Positions 9,795-16,135 of a DNA stretch of 64,000 nucleotides are shown here, piece by piece. Numbering within the stretch: position 1 is the first letter of the stretch; each line of letters begins with the position of its first letter. This DNA is from Methanomassiliicoccales archaeon (GTDB lineage: Archaea > Thermoplasmatota > Thermoplasmata > Methanomassiliicoccales > UBA472). The notes under the pieces were generated by a model. The model was not told where the DNA came from, searched no databases, and was given only the letters and a program-made list of their open reading frames with translations. Where the stretch lies: contig JAVBWG010000011.1 in NCBI GenBank assembly GCA_036677555.1, positions 175,716 through 239,715 of the forward strand. The letters are read 5' to 3'. Position numbers and translations under genes: made by a program.

Positions 9795-10065
9795 GTTCTG
9801 ACTCTCCCGACATTGGTAAGCCCCTCTAATATGGAGGGGTATTAAATACCTTTGCCATCAAGCGAGCCTTGGGGACAAGGCCGCCGTGATTTGCTGGCTT
9901 AGGAAGTTGGCAGCCCGGATAGCATCTCATGCACGACCGGCATCCCGTCGGTCGGCAGAGTGGGCATTGAACGATGCCCCCTATAATATTAACGCTTTTA
10001 AATTAATTTTTGATAGCCCTTATATATGTCATTGGACATATGGTTTAGTTTGCTCGGGGTTATAG

Positions 10066-11115
10066 ATGATTCGCTTTGGTCCAGCTGGTATTCCACTTTC
10101 TTGTAAGGGTCGCACTTTGAAGGACGGCATCGAGGATGTTCACGGCCTCGGTCTCAACGCCATGGAGGTTCAGATGGTGAGGGTGAACGTCATGCCGCGC
10201 TCCCCTGATGACGAGGAGATCGGCCTTACCCCCCGCCAGCTCGAGGGTGATCTGGTGGTGGAGATACACCGCAGGAAAGGAAAGAAGGATGTTCAGATAA
10301 CCAACCTTGACGAGAAGATCAAGGAGGATGATGTTCTGATCAGCCTCTCCTCCGGGCTCGCTCACAATTACGATGAGCTGCAGAAGCTTGGGGTCATGGG
10401 CAGCGAGCTCGACGTGGCTTTGTCCATGCATACACCTTATTATATTGACCTGGCTGGAGATGGAGACCTCACCATGAAGAGTATGGACTCCATCCGCTGG
10501 GCCGGACTTATGACCCAGGAGATGGGCGGCAGCATGGTGGTCACCCATATGGGCCTCTATGGGAACATAAGCCGCCGGGAGGCCGCGGAGAGCATCTCCG
10601 ACCGCTTGGAGGAGATAGTCGATTGGTGGGAGAAGAACAAGCTCACGCCAAGATTGGGCCTCGAAACCTCAGGACGCAAGGAGGTCTTCGGAGGCCTGGA
10701 TGAGATCGTAGATCTTTGCGACAAGTTCGACCGCCTGACCCCGGTGGTCAATTTCGCCCACCTCCACGCACGTAACAACGGCATGCTCCGAGAGCCGGAG
10801 GACTTCGCCGAGGTCTTCGACAAGGTGAGCAGCTACGTGGGCGGCCTGCATTACACCCACTTCTCAGGCGTGGAACATGAGGGAGGGAACGAGCGGAGGG
10901 TCACCCCGATCAAGAAGGGAGACCTGCGCTTCGAGCCCATGGCCGAGTACCTGGCCGATGCAAACCTGAACGCCACGGTGATTTCCAGCTCTCCGCTCCT
11001 GGAACACGACGCCATGTACATGAAGGTCATCTACGAGAGGGTGATGACCAAGCGGGTGTCCAAGGACAGCAAGGTCAAGAAAGGCAAGGGTGCCAAGGAC
11101 GAGGATGAGGATTGA
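10066..11115 (+). CDS. Xylose-isomerase-like TIM-barrel protein (AP endonuclease family 2 / endonuclease IV-like) with a charged C-terminal tail
   Basis: 349 aa. It begins IRFGPAGIPLSCKG...GLNAMEVQ, has internal His/Asp/Glu-rich strand ends (VVTHMG, GLETSG, NFAHLHA) typical of this fold, and ends in a Lys/Asp/Glu-rich tail. Confidence 0.6.
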   Translation: MIRFGPAGIPLSCKGRTLKDGIEDVHGLGLNAMEVQMVRVNVMPRSPDDEEIGLTPRQLEGDLVVEIHRRKGKKDVQITNLDEKIKEDDVLISLSSGLAHNYDELQKLGVMGSELDVALSMHTPYYIDLAGDGDLTMKSMDSIRWAGLMTQEMGGSMVVTHMGLYGNISRREAAESISDRLEEIVDWWEKNKLTPRLGLETSGRKEVFGGLDEIVDLCDKFDRLTPVVNFAHLHARNNGMLREPEDFAEVFDKVSSYVGGLHYTHFSGVEHEGGNERRVTPIKKGDLRFEPMAEYLADANLNATVISSSPLLEHDAMYMKVIYERVMTKRVSKDSKVKKGKGAKDEDED

Positions 11116-11651
11116 AGGAGACCACCGCCTACATTCTTGAGGAGGTCAGGCGGACCATCGAAAAGGTGGACGAGTCGGTCATAGACGACATCGTGACTAC
11201 ACTGGCCACCGCTCCCAAGATATTCATCTACGGCGTCGGCCGTTCCGGACTTGTCGGGGAGGCGTTCGCTGCCCGGTTGGTGCAGATAGGCCTCAACGTA
11301 CACTTCGTCGGGGACACCACCACGCCGATCGTTGAGAAGGGGCATGTCGTCCTCATCATATCCAACACCGGGGAGACCATGTCCGCGGTGCAGACCGCCA
11401 ACATCGTGCGCCGCTTGGGTGCGGTGGTCATAAGCATTACAGGCAGCGCCCATTCCAAACTTGGAATTGCCAGCAACATCGTCATGGAACTCGTGCAGCC
11501 GAGGGACGAGCAGAAGAAGAGGAATGCGCCGCTGGGAACGATCTTCGAGGCGTCGAGCATGGTCATGATGGACTCCATGGTGCCGCTGCTCATGGCCAAG
11601 CTGGACCAGGACGAGGCGTCCCTGCGGCGCAGGCACGCCATATGGGTCTGA
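11112..11651 (+). CDS. hxlB: SIS-domain protein, 6-phospho-3-hexuloisomerase-like
   Basis: 179 aa. IFIYGVGRSGLVGEAFAARL...VVLIISNTGET matches the SIS/PHI signature. The TTG start overlaps the upstream stop (TTGA). Confidence 0.65.
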   Translation: MKETTAYILEEVRRTIEKVDESVIDDIVTTLATAPKIFIYGVGRSGLVGEAFAARLVQIGLNVHFVGDTTTPIVEKGHVVLIISNTGETMSAVQTANIVRRLGAVVISITGSAHSKLGIASNIVMELVQPRDEQKKRNAPLGTIFEASSMVMMDSMVPLLMAKLDQDEASLRRRHAIWV

Positions 11652-12284
11652 TCACATCCTTATCTTCTTGGGTCGGACGCTCTCCCCGTAGTAGGGGTTC
11701 TGGAACTCATCCCAGTACACCAGGAACTTTCGGCGGCGCACTTCGCCGCTGGAAAGACAGAAGGCATCCATCTCCTTGCGGATGGGATCGATCACCAGGG
11801 CGGTGTGGTAAGGCCTGTCGAACATACCCTTCTGCGTGGAGATGTCCGTTGACGATAGGAAGCAGCCGTGCCCAGGGTGCGAATGATACCAGCCCACGAG
11901 AACGTAGCGGAAGCGGGCGCACTCCAACGAGGCGAATAGAGACTCGAAACCCTCGGGATCGAACCTCACACTGACCGAGGTCGCCTCGAGATCGGTGGTC
12001 GCCACGTCCCGCACTACCGTATACTCCACGCCCTGATGGGTGAAGACCTCGCCCAGCAGGAAGCCCATGACCTCCAGTCCGGCCTTGACCTGAGAGAGGG
12101 CGTGGTTGCGCACCTTCTCCTCGGCGGTCTTGAACAGGTACATCTCCGCCCCGCTCCTGTCACCGTACAGCGGCAGGGCCTCCCTGGGAAGCCACTTGTG
12201 CGCCAACGTCCGTTCATCGGCCGGAGGGACCATCTCCTCGATCTCCAAGTCCTTACCGCCCAGTATGACCGGCGCTCGCTTCAT
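11652..12284 (-). CDS. Rpn11/CSN5-like JAMM (MPN+) metalloisopeptidase, last gene of the ubiquitin-like cassette
   Basis: The ATG at 12284 forms an ATGA overlap with the E2 stop. It has the catalytic Glu context (GLEVMGFLLGE) and VGWYHSHPGHGCFLSSTDISTQ, a complete H-x-H-x7-S-x2-D JAMM motif in the form seen in eukaryotic Rpn11. The longer track ORF (to 12464) is an Arg/Pro-rich extension that overlaps the E2 gene. Confidence 0.85.
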   Translation of the reverse strand: MKRAPVILGGKDLEIEEMVPPADERTLAHKWLPREALPLYGDRSGAEMYLFKTAEEKVRNHALSQVKAGLEVMGFLLGEVFTHQGVEYTVVRDVATTDLEATSVSVRFDPEGFESLFASLECARFRYVLVGWYHSHPGHGCFLSSTDISTQKGMFDRPYHTALVIDPIRKEMDAFCLSSGEVRRRKFLVYWDEFQNPYYGESVRPKKIRM

Positions 12285-12787
12285 CCTCGCACCACCTTGG
12301 GAGCTGGGGCGACTATCACTGGCGGCGTTCGGCGGGGGGCGGTGTTGAAGTATTGGGCGGCGGCCGTGCAGGTATCGGTCCCGAAGGGGCTGTTCCCGTT
12401 CGGGGAAATGAGCAAAGATTCCAGCCCTTTGATGAAATTTACCAGTGTGGAATTGAATGACCATTCCGAGAGCAGTTTAATGCAGACGTGACCGCCGTCC
12501 TCGGGCATCATTATGTTGGGGTGAAAGATGGGCGTCCTCCAGATCACCAGTGGTTTCTCGAACGGATACTCCCGGCCGATGATCAGATCCAGGCGATGGC
12601 CGTAGCGGTAACTGACCTTGCCGTTGTCCATGACAGGACCAGGGATGCCTTCCAAGGCCACCTCCACCTTCAGAGGGAACGCCGTAAGGTGCTCCTCGCT
12701 GTAATCGAAATCCTTGGGAAGATTGTTCCGACAGGCTTCCAGCTCATTCCTCAACCGGATGTACAGGATCTCCAGGGGCAGGGTCAT
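12281..12787 (-). CDS. E2-like ubiquitin-conjugating enzyme (UBC fold)
   Basis: 168 aa. REYPFEKPLVIWRTPIFHPNIMMPEDGGHVCIKLLSEWSFNSTLVNFIKGLESLLISPNGNSP reproduces the UBC core: YPF-x2-P, the HPN triad, catalytic Cys, a downstream Trp and LL-x2-PN. There are ATGA overlaps at both ends. Confidence 0.85.
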   Translation of the reverse strand: MTLPLEILYIRLRNELEACRNNLPKDFDYSEEHLTAFPLKVEVALEGIPGPVMDNGKVSYRYGHRLDLIIGREYPFEKPLVIWRTPIFHPNIMMPEDGGHVCIKLLSEWSFNSTLVNFIKGLESLLISPNGNSPFGTDTCTAAAQYFNTAPRRTPPVIVAPAPKVVRG

Positions 12788-13029
12788 TTGTTCCCGCCCT
12801 CGGGATCGGGAATCAGCTCCAGCTCCTCGTTGGGCTGAACCTCCAGCTCCTGGACCTTCTGCTGGCCCCTCAGCAGGCGGCGCCCCTTGCGGATGACGTA
12901 GGCGCCAGGGTCCTTTTCCCAGTAGGCCGATACGCCCTCAATGATCTCCTCCACGGTGTTCTCCATCTCAAGCTCCATGTCGACCGTGGCACCGGTCTCT
13001 GCGTTCCTGACCCTTACCCTTACCACCAT
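12784..13029 (-). CDS. Ubiquitin-like beta-grasp protein, precursor with C-terminal GG followed by NK
   Basis: 81 aa from the ATG at 13029 (MVVRVRVRNAETGATVDMELEMENTVEEIIEGVSAYWEK...ELELIPDPEGGNK). It has a strand-strand-helix pattern of ubiquitin size and a di-glycine two residues before the stop. The stop overlaps the E2 ATG. The N-terminal 47 codons of track ORF 12784..13170 overlap E1 and look non-coding. Confidence 0.7.
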   Translation of the reverse strand: MVVRVRVRNAETGATVDMELEMENTVEEIIEGVSAYWEKDPGAYVIRKGRRLLRGQQKVQELEVQPNEELELIPDPEGGNK

Positions 13030-13087
13030 TTTATCGTCCCGGACAATCTCTGGGAAGCAGGTATAATCCTTTCCATTAGAGTCAGCA

Positions 13088-13882
13088 TTATGATAATTTG
13101 GCCGATAGATGATTGGGACAGAATGGATCGACCTCCAATTCATAAACATCGCTGGTCCCGGCAAGGCCATCGTAGTGCATGACGTGCGCCATGGCCGTCC
13201 GTCCCGACAGCACCTTCACCGCTTCCCGCACCTGAACGGCGGCGATCACGCTGGTGGTGGTTATCTCGGCCGGCATCTTGGGCTGATAGAACACTGTGCC
13301 CTGACCGGTGCAGCTGAAGCGGCGTTCCATGACCTTGAAATGGCTGCGGTTCATTCCGCACTGCAGGCATGGCGTATAGGGGGGGACCACCGATTGCACC
13401 CTTCCCCTGAACCCGTCCGTGCCACCGTCCACATAGGGCACCCGGGCATGATAGGCGTTGGCGTTGAGATGCAGCCTGGCCGCCACATTGTCCAGGCATC
13501 CAAGGATGACATCGTACCTCTTCATCCCTTCCGGCCCCAGGGATTGCACCTTGCCTTCTATACCGACAATGCGCGCATCCGGGTCCAGCTCCCCGGCCCT
13601 TTCCGCGGCCAGTGTCGCCTTTCCCTTCCCGGACGATTGATCTCCTTCCCGGAACAGCACGCAGCGGCTGAGGTTCGACCGAACGACGGAGTCCATGTCC
13701 AGGATGTCCAAATAACGGAACCCGAACAATACCAGGTCCTTGATGGCCTCGTTCCCCAGCGCCCCCGCGCCGACCACCAGCACTCTTGCCGATCCCACCC
13801 TTTCCAGGTCGACCCAGGGGATGAGCCTGGTTCTGTCGTGACGGTCCTCGTCCCTCTCTCCGGGACGGATCAGCTCGGCCAT
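13088..13882 (-). CDS. E1-like ubiquitin-activating enzyme (ThiF/MoeB/UBA adenylation domain only)
   Basis: 264 aa. RVLVVGAGALGNEAIKDLVLFGFRYLDILDMDSVVRSNLSRCVLF is the E1 nucleotide-binding plus SNL-x-R motif. Cys motifs are PCLQC, SCTG and FCPNH. It is the first gene of the four-gene operon. Confidence 0.85.
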   Translation of the reverse strand: MAELIRPGERDEDRHDRTRLIPWVDLERVGSARVLVVGAGALGNEAIKDLVLFGFRYLDILDMDSVVRSNLSRCVLFREGDQSSGKGKATLAAERAGELDPDARIVGIEGKVQSLGPEGMKRYDVILGCLDNVAARLHLNANAYHARVPYVDGGTDGFRGRVQSVVPPYTPCLQCGMNRSHFKVMERRFSCTGQGTVFYQPKMPAEITTTSVIAAVQVREAVKVLSGRTAMAHVMHYDGLAGTSDVYELEVDPFCPNHLSAKLS

Positions 13883-14008
13883 GACAAGAAGGACCGTTCA
13901 ATGACTATAAAAAAACGGACCGTACCAGTATACGGCGTGATATTCACAGTAGGACGGACTGGACAGTAACCTCATATATACTGGAGGTAGGATGTTATAT
14001 GGACCCTC

Positions 14009-16135
14009 ATGCCCGCCCGCAAGAGCAGTGCAGACCGCAAGAGCAGTGCACACAACAGCAGGTCCAAGAATCGGCCAGCGGACTCGCCGTTCATAAACCG
14101 GGAGATAAGCTGGGTAAGGTTCCATAAGCGAATTCTCGAGGAGGCCCAGGACGCAGCCCATCCCCTGCTGGAACGGGTCAAGTTCCTGGCCATCTGCGGC
14201 AGCAACCTGGACGAGTTCTTCATGGTTCGGGTGTCCGGTCTGAAGGGGCAATTGAAGAAGGGGGCGCTGGAAGCGCCCCCGGACGGACTTACGCCGCTGG
14301 AGCAGCTGGAGGCGATCAATGATGAGCTGTTGCCGTTGCTGGAGGCGCATGGAAAGCTTTGGTACGACGACCTCCTCCCCAAGCTGAGGGCGGCGGGGAT
14401 CACCGTTCATCGCGTGAAGGACCTTGAGACGGACAAGAGGCAGGGTCTGCGCGAGTACTTCGAGAGGATGATATTCCCGGCCCTCACGCCATTGGCCCTC
14501 GATTTTAATCAGCCGTTCCCTTTCATTTCCAATCTGAGCATCAATCTGGCCGTGAGCGTTCGCCATCCGCAGAGGGGAGACCGCTACGCCCGGGTGAAGG
14601 TACCCCTGGACCTGTTCCCCCGCTTCGTGCCCATTCCCGGGGCCTCCCCGGGGAGGCCGCAGAACTTCGTCCTCCTGGAGGACCTGGTGGCCGACAACCT
14701 GGACCTGCTGTTCCCGGGCATGAAGGTCCGCGACGTGCACATGTTCCGCATCACCCGCGACGCGGACATCGAGATCACCACCGACGAGGCGGAGGACCTG
14801 CTTACGGCCATCGAGGAGAGCGTGGAGACCAGGCGTGTCGGCTCACCGATACGCTTGGAGGTGGACGATGATATGCCCGACAAGATGGTGGACCTTTTCG
14901 CCAGCAAGCTGGGCCTTCATCCGCTCATGGTCTTCCGCTCCCACGCCCCCCTGTCCCTGGTAGGCTTCTGGGGACTTTTGTCACTGAACCGCCCGGACCT
15001 CAAGGACCCGCCTTTCCTTCCCCATGTGCCTTCGGACCTGGTGCCGGAGAAGTCGTTAATGGCCGCGGTGGAGCATCGCGACCGGTTGTTCTACCACCCC
15101 TATGATTCCTTCGTGCCGTTGGTGACTTTTCTCAAGCAGGCGGCCAACGACCCGCAGGTGCTGGCGATCAAGATCACCCTTTACCGCATCGACAAGCAAT
15201 CGCCGATCATCGACGCATTGATGGAGGCCAGGGAGAACGGCAAGGCGGTGGCCGCGGTGGTCGAACTGAAGGCGCGCTTCGACGAGGAGAACAACATCGT
15301 TTGGGCCCGGGCACTGGAGAACGCTGGAGTGCACGTCGTGTACGGCCTGATGGATCTGAAGGTGCACGCCAAGCTGCTTCTGGTTGTGCGCAGGAAGGGG
15401 GACAGCATCGTCCGCTACAGCCATATGAGCTCCGGTAACTACAACGCACAGACGGCGCGCATATACGGCGATATCGGCTACCTCACCGCTGACCCGGACA
15501 TCGGGGCGGACGTGGCCGACCTGTTCAACTATCTGACCGGCTATTCGCACAAGGACTCCTACCGCAGGCTGCTGGTGGCGCCTGTCTCGTTGAAGAACGA
15601 GATGATCTCCCGAATAGACCGGGAGGCCGACCGGCACAGGCAGCATGGCGACGGCTATCTGGCGTTCAAGCTGAACGGGCTGCTGGACCCTGACGTCATC
15701 CAGGCATTGTATCGGGCTTCCCAGGCGGGGGTCCGCATCGACCTGAACGTCCGTGGGCTGTGCGCCTTGCGTCCGGGCGTCAAGGGGCTCAGCGACAATA
15801 TCCGGGTGAACAGCATCGTTGGGAGATTCCTGGAGCATGCCAGGATCTACTACTTCCGCAACGGCGGAGAGGAGGAGGTGCTCCTGGGCAGTTCGGACAT
15901 GATGCCCCGCAACCTCAAACGCCGGGTGGAGGTGCTGTTCCCGGTGCTGGACACGGAATATCGCCGCAGGCTTGTCGACGAGATCCTCCCGATCCACCTG
16001 AAGGACAACGTGAAGTCCCGGGACATGCTGTCCGACGGAACCTACGTTAAGAGGAAGACCGTGAAGGGAGAGGCGAAGGTGGACTCCCAGGAATGGCTGA
16101 TACGAAACCGCGGTACCTGGCACAGGGAGGAATGA
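14009..16135 (+). CDS. ppk: Polyphosphate kinase 1
   Basis: 708 aa. N-terminal FINREISWVRFHKRILEEA, VELKARFDEENNI, and KVHAKLLLVVRR (autophosphorylated His region). Size and domain order match PPK1. Confidence 0.9.
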   Translation: MPARKSSADRKSSAHNSRSKNRPADSPFINREISWVRFHKRILEEAQDAAHPLLERVKFLAICGSNLDEFFMVRVSGLKGQLKKGALEAPPDGLTPLEQLEAINDELLPLLEAHGKLWYDDLLPKLRAAGITVHRVKDLETDKRQGLREYFERMIFPALTPLALDFNQPFPFISNLSINLAVSVRHPQRGDRYARVKVPLDLFPRFVPIPGASPGRPQNFVLLEDLVADNLDLLFPGMKVRDVHMFRITRDADIEITTDEAEDLLTAIEESVETRRVGSPIRLEVDDDMPDKMVDLFASKLGLHPLMVFRSHAPLSLVGFWGLLSLNRPDLKDPPFLPHVPSDLVPEKSLMAAVEHRDRLFYHPYDSFVPLVTFLKQAANDPQVLAIKITLYRIDKQSPIIDALMEARENGKAVAAVVELKARFDEENNIVWARALENAGVHVVYGLMDLKVHAKLLLVVRRKGDSIVRYSHMSSGNYNAQTARIYGDIGYLTADPDIGADVADLFNYLTGYSHKDSYRRLLVAPVSLKNEMISRIDREADRHRQHGDGYLAFKLNGLLDPDVIQALYRASQAGVRIDLNVRGLCALRPGVKGLSDNIRVNSIVGRFLEHARIYYFRNGGEEEVLLGSSDMMPRNLKRRVEVLFPVLDTEYRRRLVDEILPIHLKDNVKSRDMLSDGTYVKRKTVKGEAKVDSQEWLIRNRGTWHREE
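14018..14053 (+). repeat. In-frame 18-bp tandem duplication (2 copies, 1 mismatch) in the ppk 5' region
   Basis: CGCAAGAGCAGTGCAGAC / CGCAAGAGCAGTGCACAC, encoding RKSSAD/RKSSAH. Confidence 0.8.

Noticed and set aside
9795-10065. A long intergenic region upstream of L18e was inspected for a tRNA or structured ncRNA. It contains small hairpins, CCCCTC-n7-GAGGGG and GGGCAT-n6-ATGCCC.
   Set aside because: No T-loop or acceptor pattern and no extended covariation-like structure. It is most simply two divergent promoters.
12285-12464. N-terminal 60-codon extension of the JAMM ORF. Analogous extensions occur at 13030..13170 (Ubl), 23305..23451, 24108..24572 (nadK), 34142..34345 (kae1), 54086..54160 and 43680..43748.
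   Set aside because: The extensions overlap the upstream genes and translate to low-complexity basic sequence. An internal ATG placed exactly at an ATGA/TGATG junction, or at the start of the conserved domain, gives the expected protein length.
11652-13882. Interpreting the E1/Ubl/JAMM genes as an ordinary SAMP/UbaA sulfur-carrier (MoaD/ThiS) system, or as a CBASS Cap2/Cap3 module.
   Set aside because: A separate UBC-fold E2 with an HPN motif and catalytic Cys is present, which SAMP systems lack. No molybdopterin or thiamine genes and no CD-NTase/effector genes are adjacent, and the E1 and E2 are not fused as they are in Cap2.
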